A stretch of 64,000 nt of DNA from Octopus sinensis (Eukaryota). The notes beneath the pieces were generated by a model. It saw only the letters and a list, made by a program, of their open reading frames with translations, was not told the origin of the DNA and did no database searches. A program made the position numbers and the translations under genes. Each line of letters opens with the position of its first letter. The first letter of the stretch is position 1. Location of the stretch: NCBI RefSeq assembly GCF_006345805.1, contig NC_043009.1:58590001-58654000 (forward strand). The letters are read 5' to 3'. Of the stretch, positions 26,958 to 40,142 are shown one piece after another.

Positions 26958-26958
<1 letters not shown>
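26865..26958 (+). mobile_element. Helitron-like 3' end fragment
   Basis: GC-rich hairpin acccgg-gcaacg-ccgggt (26931-26948) about 10 nt before a degenerate end; perfect 22-bp palindrome tctcaactactagtagttgaga at 26865-26886. Confidence 0.4.
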
Positions 26959-26999
<41 letters not shown>

Positions 27000-27011
27000 C
27001 ACACACACACG

Positions 27012-27073
<62 letters not shown>

Positions 27074-27079
27074 TGTGTA

Positions 27080-27285
27080 TTTGCTTACCAGCCACATGTT
27101 TTCGGGTTCAGTCCCACTGCGTGGCAACTTGGTCAAATGTCTTTTACTGTAACCTGGAGCCGACCAAAGCCTCGTCAGTGGATTTGGTATATAGAAACTT
27201 AAAGAAACCTGTCGTATATATGCATATGTTTGTATATATATATATATATATATATGGGGGGGGTCGTTTGTGTGTGCCTGTGTGC
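27080..27285 (+). mobile_element. SINE family C, 5' half
   Basis: ttgcttaccagccacatgttttcgggttcagtcccactgcgtggcaacttggtcaaatgtc…gatttggtatatagaaactt. Confidence 0.75.
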
Positions 27286-28094
27286 GTGAGTTTCAGTTAT
27301 ATTAGTGAAAGAGAACCACAGCTGGAAAAAAGACTGTCATGGACGGTTTGGTGCTTTCACTATTTGAAAAGTAGAAATATGGAAGCGGAAAGCAACGGTG
27401 AAACATTGATGAACGGAAGGCAGATAACGTAGGCACAAAAAGGGGAAAGTCGCTGAGACGTTGTAGGCAGAGGGACGAGTTTCGCGATGAATTTATAGAG
27501 AAGGGAAACCTCCATTAGAGCAGTGGTGTTTGGTGGTCGCTTTCTGGAATGGAATATATAATAAAGAAAGGAAAACTAAAAGTATCATGATTGAAAGGAA
27601 AAGGGTAGGAAAAACACCAATGAGTAATGTCTTTTATTTACATTTGCTCATATTTTCATCAAGTATATATATTCTCTCAGCCGCTAAACCGTGATAAAGC
27701 TCTATTCATAAGAATAAACCACAGGATAATATATTTGATTATGCGTACACTTTGTAGGGTAAAATTAATTTGTATTTTATATTTATGAATTCGAATTGTT
27801 GCGAAGAGATGTAATAAGCTAAACATAGTATTTCTTTTTTGTCTTCCATTATTAAATACGTCTAAAATATATAGTTGGAAAGTAGTATACTTATTTAAAT
27901 ATATAGAAATTTTAAGTAATGTATGAATTTTAAATTAGCTACGACAAAGAACATTAATATAGATGTGTCTGAATGTTTCATAAAGTTAAATAAACAGAGT
28001 TAAATGTATTAACAAAATTATTACAAAATATATTGTAAGAAAAGGTTCGTGATTATATTAGCCAAATATCAATACCATCTTTTAGAGAATGATA

Positions 28095-28560
28095 CAGTGC
28101 ACACAACCTTTCTCTCGTTTCACACGTTCGCTTCTCCTACGCGAAAAGTGTTTCTGTGGTTCAACTTTCCTTCATATCAAAGATTAGAGCCAGTTCAAAG
28201 AGATCTGATTTCGCCGTTTGAAAGATATTTTGATTTGAGACGGTCCTCGATTATAATCGTAATTCACATTCGGTCGATTCAGATTGACTATGACCCAGCG
28301 CATGCATGTGCAACCTAGACAAGATGTATTTTCGGTGGATGAGAGGTAGTTGTCCATGCATGCAAATCACTCCTTCCATGCCACCAAAGTTTATCGATTG
28401 AATGAAACTGATAAAGCTTGATACTCGTGTCATCAATATGATATATACTGCAATGCATCTTTCCCGGTCCTCCAAAAGTTCCATAAACCCACCATCATCG
28501 ATCGGTACTTATTGGAACTGTCAAAGTTGATCTCGGATATCTAGTCTCGGATGTATCTGA
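28095..28560 (-). mobile_element. Possible highly degenerate Tc1-like DNA transposon remnant
   Basis: TA|CAGTG terminus at 28093-28099; fragmented MMV…GTFGGPGK-like translation on the minus strand. Weak. Confidence 0.3.
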
Positions 28561-28713
28561 AATCGGAGAATCAGGACGAATCATTATATTTAAACACTCC
28601 AAACAATTCGTATTCTACAATTGCAACTTATCTCCACTATAACTTTTAAAGTACTGGTGAATGAAGTGTGTTTCTTGTAGGAACACATTTCGTTTGGCGT
28701 ATCACAATATATA

Positions 28714-28935
28714 ATTCTTTGTTGCCCACAAGGTGCTAAACATAGAGGGGACAAAAAAGAGAGACAAAGAGATTATGTCGATTACATCGACCCCAGTGCC
28801 TAACTGGTACTTTATTTATCAACCCCGAAAGGATGAAAGGCAAAGTCGACCTCGGCGGAATTTCAACTCAGAACGTAACGGCAGACGAAATACCGCTACG
28901 CATTTCGCCCGGCTGCTAACGTTTCTACCAGCTCG
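28714..28935 (-). mobile_element. SINE family A (tail 1), near full length
   Basis: Close match to 3418-3647; no TSD seen. Confidence 0.88.
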
Positions 28936-29990
28936 AATGCTGTCCAATCTCAGTTTCAATACCTTTGTGACGTCAGGCCAAATTGTTAGAAACGACATTT
29001 GTGTGGATCTGTTTTATGCAATCGCTCACCCCTTGAGACATTCATAAGGAGGCACAACTGTGATGAGATAGTGATATTCAAGAAATGTCGATCCATCGAC
29101 GGACAGCGATAGAAATAGAATTTCCAGATGTTAAACAAAAACACCACGGTTGCGATAAAATAAATTAACTAAAGCGATGTATTCAAAAGCTCTAAAATTA
29201 TACTTCTCCATGGACAATTCAAGGATCTGACTACGCTGTTGGTAGAGAAAATACCACACTAGACACAACTGCTTTGAAAACACAATTAAAGACGACTGTT
29301 CTGGAGATATTGACAGAGAGAGGCACATTGACATCTAGAGCACATGGGTTCAGTTGCTCTCATTTCTGCGCTCATGACCTTATAGCCAATTGTTTTAGGT
29401 ACAATAAATAACCACTAAAATTATACGTTTACTAACATTTACATGAATTCAACAGAATCAAATTCTTGTAAATGTAAGATCACAACTGTAAGAAAATTGA
29501 AATACTTATAACAATCTGTTGTTCAAAACTGGATAGAAATTGGTATAAAAAAATATATCGATATTTCCTAGAAAGGGCATAATGCATAATGCTATAACGG
29601 TTAAATGTGTATAACATTTAAATGGCGCAAAAAGTCAAATGGGCAATGCACTTGCCAAGGGTTATAAAGGTTATTATTACAGATGAAACACAATGCACTC
29701 GATAACTCGAATTTCATCCCTTTAGGTTATACACGTTTCTTTAAGAATACATTCTATATGTATGTATTTCATCATGTATGTCTGTTGGTGTATTGCTTAT
29801 GTAGGTACATATATGCGTATATGTATATATGTATACATGTATATATATGCGCGTACGTGTGTGTGTGTGTGTGTGTATGTGAGTGTGTGTGTGTGTGTAC
29901 GAGCATGTGTGCGTGCACGCGTGATTGTGTGATCTAGTGAAGGTGGTGCCCGAACATTGTCTAATGTTAAAAATGATACATATATATACA

Positions 29991-30000
<10 letters not shown>

Positions 30001-30039
<39 letters not shown>

Positions 30040-30317
30040 GTGTGTGTGTGTGTGTGTGTACGTATATATATATATATATTATATATATATATATATAAAT
30101 AAATAATGCAAATTGGCATGAAATAGGCATTCTTTAAGAGTACTGCAATTGATTCGACACATATTTAACTATATATATATATATATATGAATGTATATAT
30201 ATATATATATATGTATATATGAATGTGTATATATATTTATATAAACTATGTATGTATATATATATACATACAAATATATACATATATATACATACACACA
30301 CATATACACGCACACCC

Positions 30318-30404
<87 letters not shown>

Positions 30405-30426
30405 GTGTGTGTGTGTGTGTGTGTAC

Positions 30427-30470
<44 letters not shown>

Positions 30471-30740
30471 TGCAAATTGGCATGAAATAGGCATTCTTTA
30501 AGAAGTACTGCAATTGATTCGACACATATTTAACTATATATATATATATATGAATGTATATATATATATATTAATGTATATATGAATGTGTATATATATT
30601 TATATAAACTATGTATGTATATATATATACATACAAATATATACATATATATACATACACACACATATACACGCACACCCACACGCACACACACACACAC
30701 CACACACACACACATATATATATATATTATATATATATAT
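30001..30740 (+). repeat. Direct tandem duplication, about 364-bp unit x2
   Basis: Unique core aaataaataatgcaaattggcatg…gacacatatttaact at 30097-30170 and 30461-30535, differing by a 1-nt indel; the flanking microsatellites are also duplicated. Confidence 0.9.
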
Positions 30741-31694
30741 ATATATTATATATACTTACAGATATGTGTATATCTTTAACGTATATGTATGTATATTCAT
30801 GTATCTAGAATGATTGTATAGCATATATTGATAAATGTATATAATGACAGTATTCCTGAATGGCGAATGAGAACGATGTACTTTGGAACACATTTGCAAT
30901 AAGTCATTTGGTATTTAAAGTAAATTCTATTCCTGAACAATATCATATAAACTTGTTTGTGAATTTGAATTTGAAAAACACAGATATTCTCCTTCTTTCT
31001 TTTGTTACATCCTTAACACTCATTAATTATAAATTATTAATTATTCTTCCCAGCTATTTTTTTTCTAAACTCATTAACTTCAACCTTTGTCTAGTATCCC
31101 ATGTCGGGTTTGTGCGGATAACAATTGTTTCCCTTGGCACGTACGTTTTTGATTAATCTAAATTTCAAATTAATTTCACCATTCAAACTGTACTTATACA
31201 AACTCAATACGTACACAAATATTGAAAAACATTTATTACTCACATGATTCACCCTCTTATCGCTCTCTCCTCCTCCTCTCTATGCAGCTCTCCCCCTTTC
31301 GATTGTTCTACATTTTGTCGCACACAATGTTTCACTGATTAAATCTTCACTTCTCTCGATATTTATATAACTTTCTCTTCCTAGTATCTCAATGATCGCA
31401 TCTATTTTACTATTTTATTCGAATATTCAGCTTAATACTTCGGTCTTCCGTCTATCAAAACTCCGATGTTAACATTTACAAAATAAAGTCCTACCTACTT
31501 ACTCATATCCTGGTTAAACTGAGTCCTCTTAGGGAAATATGTTATAAGATGTAAGATATTGTTCTAAATGAAAACCAATGTTTATGCTTTACAATATAAA
31601 CTGAGTAAAACCGCATTCGTTGGGTTTGTTGGCAACGCAATAATTTATTTATGTCTGAGACCAACAACAGTATCAATAATAAAAATAATAATCC

Positions 31695-31830
31695 TTTCTA
31701 CTAAAGGCACAAGGTCTGAAATTTTGAGTGAAGAAATAGTCATCAAAGTCTCTTGCTCAAGAACACAACAAGCACCCCGGTCCGGGAAATGCAGTCACAA
31801 CCCCACGATTCTAAGCTCGACGTTCTAACC
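31695..31830 (-). mobile_element. Diverged tRNA/CORE-like SINE fragment joined to a family A tail
   Basis: Minus strand gtggttagaacgtcgagc…gtgttcttgagcaagagactt, followed by aaaatttcagaccttgtgcctttagtagaaa. Confidence 0.45.
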
Positions 31831-31969
31831 ACGTCTTAACTCATGTATATGTATTTATATATATATATATATACACATAATACATTGTTCTAGAACAAAA
31901 CATACCATCTAGATCAGAAATGAACACAAAATCTTATGTATATCTCTTGTATATCTTATTACAATTTAT

Positions 31970-32970
31970 TAAAGCAGTGAGCCGGCAGAACCGTTAACAC
32001 GCTTAGCAAAATGCTGAACCGCAGTGCTTCCGTCTTTACGTTCTGAGTTCAAATTCCACCGAGGTTAACTTTGCCTTTCATTCTCTGAGGAAGCAATAAA
32101 ACAGACACCAGTTGAACATTGGAGAACGATGAAATCGGCATCCCCATGTACTACCGAAAAATGTTGAACGTTAATTATTCTAAGGCAGAAACGTTAGCAT
32201 GCCGGGTGAAATACTTCACGGTATTTCGTCTGTCTTTACGTTCTGAGTTCACATTCCGCCGAGGTCGACTTTGCCTTTCGTTTTTTCGGGGTTGATAAAT
32301 TAAATACCAATAACATACCGGGGCCGGTATAATCTATTGGCTCCCTGCCCCAAAATTTCGGGCCTTGTGCCAAGAGTAGAAAAGAATATTGTCTTTAAGA
32401 CAGCGAGCTGTCAGAAACGTTCCCACACTGGGCGAAATCCTTAGCGGTATTTCGTCTGCTGTTGCGTTCTGAGTTCAAATTCCGCCGATGTCGACTTTGC
32501 CTTTCATCCTTTCGGGGTAGATAAATTAAGTACCAGTTACGCACTGGGATCGATGTAATCGACTTAATCCGTTTTTCTGTCCTTGTTTGTCCCCTCTGTG
32601 TTTAGTCCCTTGTGGGTAGTAAATAAATATTTCGTCTGTCTTTACGTTCTGAGTTGAAATTCCGCCGATGCCGACTTTGCCTTTTATATTTTCAAGGTCA
32701 ATAGATTAAGTACCAGTTGCGCACTGGGGTCGATCTTATCGACTGGTCACCTCCCCATATATTCCAGGCCTTGTGGCTAGAATAGTAAAGTATATTATTT
32801 TTTCTAAGAAAAAGAGAAGAGCGTACGTTGCTTGACAGACTAATTACAGTTTTTAACACCCGATAATGCTTAGAAGTATTTCGTCTGTAATTACGTTCTG
32901 AGTTTAAATTCCACCAAGGTCGACTTTGCTTTCATCCTTTCGGGGTTGATAAACTAAGCACCAGTTGCTT
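31970..32970 (+). mobile_element. Co-oriented array of five SINE family A units (mixed tail types)
   Basis: Units at about 31970-32155, 32180-32390, 32396-32630, 32628-32800 and 32850-32970, each with ttacgttctgagtt…aaattcc and the core. Confidence 0.85.
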
Positions 32971-33561
32971 ACAAAGAAAAAAAAAAACTCAATAGAAAAG
33001 TTGTCAATTCGGAAAAGATTGCAGAGAAAGAGAATAAATACGACTCATAAAGAATAATAGCGATGATGTGCACTAGGAAGACAAACTTACAAACATGAAG
33101 AGAGAAAAAATTCTGGAATTTCGGGGAGAAGAAAATTATCTGATTTCAACAGAGATTGAACTCAAAACAATGAAGCGAAGTGATAAAATACTATCAACAT
33201 TTTTATTTTCGTCTCTATGAATTCAACATTTGTCTGTTCTATGTACGGGAATGATAATAATTTACGGAAATTTAAGATGTTTGTTCTGTAAAGATGAATA
33301 GGTTGACAAGAAAAGGGCACCAAAGAGTACAAAAGACGACTATTTTTTTTTGTTTTTGTTTCAAATATTTGATGCTTTCAAGAAGCCAGCGAGCAGACAG
33401 GTGGCCTTTCTTGTCACTGAGAGACAACATTAATTCAAGAAGGAAATGACATACATAAAACGGATGCGAAAATGTACACGAAGTTTTATGTGTGTGTGTA
33501 TATGTTTGTTTGTGTGTGTGTATAAATACACACGTACATACATACACGCATACATACATAC

Positions 33562-33642
<81 letters not shown>

Positions 33643-33977
33643 CACATATATATATATATATTTCGATGTATATGTGTGTGTATATATATGTATATTTAAA
33701 ATTCATACACACAAACATGAGGACATTGGTGTATAATGTGTTTGATGCATACACCCACGACTACTATGGACACACCTCACTCGTATACTTACGCTCAAAC
33801 CTACAGATACAAAGGCGCGCAAATACGTATATCCTTCTCTACGTATAATTACATATTATACATATGCTAATAGTAGCGCGCACAAACACACACATAACAT
33901 ACACTTATGCATGTGTATATACACACACACCCACACTTGAATATATACACATATATCTATATATGTGTTTGTGTGTT

Positions 33978-34029
<52 letters not shown>

Positions 34030-36519
34030 TCTATATGTACATATGTGGGTATACGCACAAATGAAGAGACATAGACACACATATGTATCTATATATACAT
34101 GTATGTGTGTATATACATACTCACCTCTATACACACGCCATCTTGTATTTACTGTAGAATGTTCTTTAAGAAAACATGATTCAAACTTCAAAGAAGCGGA
34201 AAAAGCAGATAAATGTGACGTGCCTTGTTTACCTGGCTGTTGTTTACGTCACCGGAAATAGTTTGTTCAAATATATACACATGCTACAGATAGAATACGT
34301 TGGACATACACACACGACGCCATACTTAAATATATATATATATATCGCGCAAACATACTCTGACACAGACACACATCAAAACATACAAATGCATACTTAG
34401 ATACATACACACATACACATATACATATAGTAATGCGTATATATAATGTGTGCCTGTTCGTTATATTCAATTATATTCAGTACAATAATTCCTATGATTG
34501 CTGCCATTGTTCCTTCTGTCTTTGCTTATTGTTGTTGTTGTTGCTACTGTTTTCTTTTCCCGTCAATTTGCATGCAGTTTATCATTCGAGCAATGTCCTA
34601 TTGAGGTTGTAATTTGCCTTCTTGATACTCTGGTTGGCAGATTTAATTCTGCCCTAGACACCCTCTAAAGTTTCCCCGCTTCTAATTCTTAGATGTACTT
34701 TCTTGGGTTCCATTCAACACTAAGTTTGGACGTCCACGTATCAGGAATACATAATCGCAATTATCTTGTTTCCCCTGAATTCTGTTTAAACTTTGTGTCC
34801 CACCATCTCATAAACCGCTTGCACAATTCCTTAGCGATATTGACATTGATGGCTGCACCCATGTTTTTAATGTATAGTTTATTACTGAAATTACAAACGC
34901 AGGTAGGGGGGGGGGGCTTTCTGCGATATTTTTATGGTAGCAGTAACACACAGGACCATTTTCTAAACTGAATATGGCTCTCTAGATATTAGATGGATTC
35001 TAACTATACATCCCAATATTCTATGGAGGCGGTGCCGTTTTGTACTGCTGAGATAATGAGTGTCGTTCCGCAATCTTCAGCTCTTGTAGAGAAAAATCAT
35101 TTTTCCTCCTATTTATTTAAATATTTCATTTTCGTATGCAAGTTATATGTGAGGACACACTTCGTTGGCTTCAGCCTCACGTTATCTATCACTCTTGCAA
35201 ATCATTTCTAAATGAATCTACTAAACAGTAAAATCAATATCGATCTATGGCTATAGTGTAACCATATCCATGTTTCCTATTATGCAACCTTTCAGGTCGT
35301 AAGTTTAGTTACAATAATTGAGGTCTTCTGTACTATTGCAGATGTGCGGAGACATCTCCACTGGTGGCTGTGTGATAATATATAATCGACATCGGTACAA
35401 TATTAAAATACAGAATTGTAACTAATCTAATGTATATGCTTATATTGATACATGTGTACGAATGCTTGCATACGTGAATGTATGTATACATTTGTAGGTA
35501 AGTAAGCAAGTAAGTAGGTGTTCGCGGTGCAGCCGTGTGAGTGTATGTTTAAAGATAAGTGGAGATAAGTATTTCTGATGAGATATAACAAGCCAATTAT
35601 TGCTAGTGGTATCACGCATGGATAGCTGAAATAAAAATGAATGACAAGCCACAAAACACTTGATAGAACGAGAAGATAGTTGCATCACGAACAAACCACT
35701 ACAGTAACGACAACAACAACGGTCACAACGACAGCAAGAATAACTACAGCGGCAAATAAATACACAACATTATGTGTATGTACATGTAAGTGATTGCGTG
35801 TTTGTAAGTCTGTGTGCGTATGTATTTTTAGATACTTACATATACTCAGGAATATAAGCCAGCGAGTAATGAAGCCTGACGTTCAAAATAGAACTCAATA
35901 AAACACAGACACACTCAGACACACACACACACACACACACACACACAACACACACACACACACAGATGCACACATACACGTGCGCACAAACGTACACTCA
36001 CTCATATATATAAATACCGTTATATACACAAGCACACACGGCACTACCGTTTCCTCCTCTACCACCGTTCCGAGCAGCACCACCGCCGCCACCATCACCA
36101 CTACAGTCCCAATTAAACGTTTCACGTACACACATTCATACACATAAGGTAAACACAAATAACCGAACATGAAGAAAAATTACTGTTAGATTCCGCCATG
36201 TGGCAACATTCAAATGAAATGAATTAGCTCCGATAATGTGAATGCGGGCTGCACCTTCATCGATAAGGATCACATGCTGTGAGACAGACCATTGACAAAT
36301 CAATTAATCAATTGATTAATTAACTTAGTCATTAGCTAATTAATTGCTGATAAAACGGAAGTAAAATACAACGAGAGCGTGTGTTATAATTAGAAACATG
36401 GCGATTTCAACGTACAACACTATCTACTTCAGCACACGATTTCACGCCAGGAGTCTTGCAAAATAAAAGCAAGAACAACGACCATAACGATAGCAACAAC
36501 AACAATGAAAGTAACAAGG

Positions 36520-36705
36520 ATTTCAAGATTTGACACAAGGCCAGCAATTTTGGAGGAGCGGGTAAGTCGATTATGTCGGCGCTAGTGATCAACTGTTATT
36601 TAATCGTATTTTCTCGTTTCCGAACGGATCAAAGTAATCTCGAACTCGGCGGATTTTGATGTCAAAACATAAAGACGGGTGAAATGCTTACTCGTCGCCT
36701 TAATA

Positions 36706-36743
<38 letters not shown>

Positions 36744-36809
36744 GATGATGATGATGATGATGATGATCAGAAGAAGAAGAAGAAGAAGAGTAATAATAAT
36801 TATAACAAC

Positions 36810-36869
<60 letters not shown>

Positions 36870-37020
36870 TATTTTCTGTTATAGGCACAAGGCCTGCAAT
36901 TTGAGAGGGGGCGGATAGTCGATTATATCGACCGCAATGCTTCACTGTTACTTAATTTATTCACCCCGAAATGGTGAAAGGCAATGTCGACGTCGACGGA
37001 ATTTGAACTCAGAACATAAG
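36520..37020 (-). mobile_element. Two diverged SINE family A copies separated by an (AAT)/(GAT)/(AAG) microsatellite
   Basis: 36520-36690 and 36870-37020 show tail, core and B box on the minus strand. Confidence 0.65.
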
Positions 37021-37289
37021 AACACGACAGTTTAAATTGCCCATCTAGACTCCTCGTATGATCTGTTCAAAATATCACCGCAGTGAATATAATGAGTAAG
37101 GCAAAGCATTTCTTATCCAGTGTCAGAAATCCGGGATCTGGAATTATCCAATAATTTTTTTGCTAGTTTATTTTGTCTCTTTGTCTTCTATGATGGTGCT
37201 GTATGAACATTTAATGTGGTTTTAGAATCAAGTGTTGGCTGCTATATCTAGCATGGCGGTATCTCTTAGACAGCCTTAATTATGATTAT

Positions 37290-37333
<44 letters not shown>

Positions 37334-37343
37334 CTATATATAT

Positions 37344-37402
<59 letters not shown>

Positions 37403-37404
<2 letters not shown>

Positions 37405-37772
37405 TCTCTCTTTTACTCTTTTACTTGTTTCAGTCATTTGACTGCGGCCATGCTGGAGCACCGCCTTTAGTCGAGCAAATCGACCCCGGGGCTTATTCTT
37501 TGTAAGCCCAGTACTTATTCTATCGGTGACGGGGACGTAAACACACCAGCATCGGTTGTCAAGCACAGATACACAAACACACATACATATATATATATAT
37601 ACATATATACGACAGGCTTCTTTCAGTTTCCATCTACCAAATCCACTCACAAGGCATTGGTCGGCCCGGGGCTATAGCAGAAGACACTTGCCCAAGATGT
37701 CACGCAGTGGGACTGAACCCGGAACCATGTGGTTGTTTAGCAAGCTACTTACCACACAGCCACTCCTGCGCC
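37403..37772 (-). mobile_element. SINE family C (CORE-type), full length
   Basis: Minus-strand head ggctgtgtggtaagtagcttgc…ggttccgggttcagtccc, CORE-like atcttgggcaagtgtcttctgctatag, tail aagtaaaagagtaaaagag. Confidence 0.88.
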
Positions 37773-38254
37773 TATATAAATATATACGCATCTGAGATGA
37801 CGTGAACACGTTAGTCTGAAAGATTTTCATTCTACCCAGAATGTGGTGCGTTACCTCCTCATTCATATTGGCCCAGAAAACCGAATTAAGCCGAGTCTCT
37901 CGAGAACCTATCTGACAGTGATATATTTACCTTCTGCTCTTTTATCATACATTATATTCCTCGCGTTAGTAGTCATTCCTCTCTGTCAATCTTTTCCTTT
38001 ATCACTCCATCATCTTGCCACCCCCCCTCTCCTTCTACCATTCATTCTTAGTCTTTCACACATATTTTCTTTTACGTTCTATTACACTTTATATTCACGT
38101 GTCCATCATTCTTCCGCACACGAATACTAACAAAAGTACATATATACAGACCGGGGAGATTCTATGTGTTTGTTCGACCTATTAAGAATAGCATCTAAAT
38201 TTCCCCACCAATTAAGCTTGCCGTATTAAGCAAGATAGCGATACATAGGATATT

Positions 38255-38440
38255 GTACAGTTCTATATTTAAAAGATCAAGAATTATGTACATTATTTAC
38301 ATTATTTATATTTGGCGGATATTTTTCTTCATCTTGTTTGATGTTAATACAACGTTTCGGCTGATATACCCTCCAACCTTCATCAGGTGTCTTGGGGGAA
38401 ATTTCGAACCTGGGTTGTCATTCTTAAGATATTTTTTCGA

Positions 38441-38489
<49 letters not shown>

Positions 38490-38543
38490 ATCACTGCCTG
38501 GAATTGAACTCGAAATATTGGGGTTAGTAGCTCGCGCTCTTAA
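38255..38543 (-). mobile_element. SINE family D: tRNA-like head + (TAA)n + hammerhead-containing tail
   Basis: Head …ttaagagcgcgagctactaacccc…gagttcaattccaggcag (B-box-like), internal (TAA)n, hammerhead at 38347-38390. Confidence 0.75.
38347..38390 (-). ncRNA. Minimal type I hammerhead motif (palindromic stem III, GUU site)
   Basis: ACAC-CUGAUGA-A-GGUUG-(10 nt)-CAGCC-GAA-ACGU-U-GUAU; one mismatch in stem I and one G-U in stem II. Confidence 0.65.
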
Positions 38544-38681
38544 GAAGTAGCACACATGCTAGTACACAATGATCTCCTAAGCAGACCGAGTGCAGGTATG
38601 AATAGCATATGGGAACCGGTATTAAGAAAGGATAGGAGAATATTAGATTTATAAACCTTAAAATTCCCTTCATAATTGCAT

Positions 38682-38872
38682 ATGGCATAGGGGTTAAGAG
38701 CGAGGGCTACTAACCCCAAGATACCGAGTTCGATTCCAGGCAGTGACCTTAATAATAATAATAATAATGATAATAATAATAGTGATAATCAATATAATAA
38801 CATAGCAAAATACCTTAGGAATTTCGAACCTAGGTTCGAAATTTCCCCAAGACATCAGCCGAAAAGTTGTAT
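38682..38872 (+). mobile_element. SINE family D, second copy with the hammerhead core deleted
   Basis: atggcataggggttaagagcgagggctactaacccc…gagttcgattcc, (TAA)n, then aagaca|tcagccgaaa lacking about 23 nt that includes CTGATGA. Confidence 0.75.
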
Positions 38873-39632
38873 TTTCTCATAGATCTACTCGTTGATACAT
38901 GATCTTAGGTGAAACGACAACAACAACAGCATAGTTGAAATGAGATAGCAGTTTTAGTGTTGTTGTAGTAGTAGTAGTTGTGGATCAAAACACACCGAAT
39001 GGTGTCCACCGTCTTTGTGCGGTGGGTACGTAGAACCGCATTATATAACAGACCCTGCTTTCATTTCTATCAAAGTTTTGTAACGTGTGGTTCGAGAATT
39101 TGAATTTGGCTGCTATTTCTAGGTGATTAAGCATTAGCTAAGCATTTCCATATCGGTTTGAAGGTTTATAGTAGCTGTTCGATTTCTTGCGATTGCCCTA
39201 AATTTATTTTAGTTTTAACTCTACCTGAGGATACAGATTCCAAAAGGTTTTTCACTTTTTAAGATATGGCGACAGAATTTAAGGATATCAGGATGTCATT
39301 ATTAGCATTCAAACTGACCATGTTCTGGGCGTCTCGACTGATGAGGAGGCCACCTAATTACGTTGCCTTCATTTCATACTTTGTTCTCAACTATTTACTC
39401 TTGTTGAGCGAGACGAGCTTTCTGGTAGAGCAACTCAACATGGCCTGAAACGAATTATTTCACGAGTGAGAAGATTCCACAAAGCGTATTTCTCTCTTTT
39501 TTTTTCTTAATCTTTATAAAATATATGTTTTCTCCTAGATAAGAATATAGTCCTTGCCGATTTGCTTAAGATGAATGTGAAAAAATAATTTGTCTTCCCG
39601 TTTATGTAAGAGGCATTTGGCTATTTTTAATA

Positions 39633-40142
39633 CCGTAAATCCTCGAGTATAATCCGCATTTTCCCCCAAATTTAAAGGTCAAAATTCCTAGTGCGTATTA
39701 TACATGAGGTTAAAAGTGAAAATTATTTTCTAAGCAATGTCCGAGTCTCTATTTGCTGTTCGGCAATGTTTATTCAGACGCATTTTGTGATGTAGGGCGC
39801 AAGAATACCTTAAGCTAAGCCTGAAAGCTATGAAGTCATAAAAGAATCATCCATAACTTTCAGTAAGCAACACTTATTAAGCCTTATTACAGTTATTGTT
39901 TTATTTTCTGCAAACAAAATTCACAAAAAAGCTACACATTTGCATTATGTTATATATATAATAATAATAAAGGACGTTACCGTATATATTTTTACGAACC
40001 AATGATGTTATATAGACCTTCTTGACTCAAGTTAGAGAAGAGGTGCGTATTATACACGAGGTTTAGGTTTTTCAGAGGTACAGCCCCCTAAAATTCCCCT
40101 GCGTATTATACTCAAGGGCGGACTATACTGGACGATTTACCA
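39633..40142. mobile_element. Tc1/mariner-superfamily (Tc2/pogo-like) MITE
   Basis: 25-bp TIRs CCGTAAATCCTCGAGTATAATCCGC (20/25 match), TA at both ends, subterminal tgcgtattata repeats x3. Confidence 0.75.

Noticed and set aside
31114-31126. gcggataacaatt, matching part of the lac operator
   Set aside because: Only 13 bp, and the flanks do not continue as lacO or M13 vector sequence; chance match.
34770-34880. Faint Helitron helicase-like peptide (PEF.LN…)
   Set aside because: Needs several frameshifts; too weak to support.
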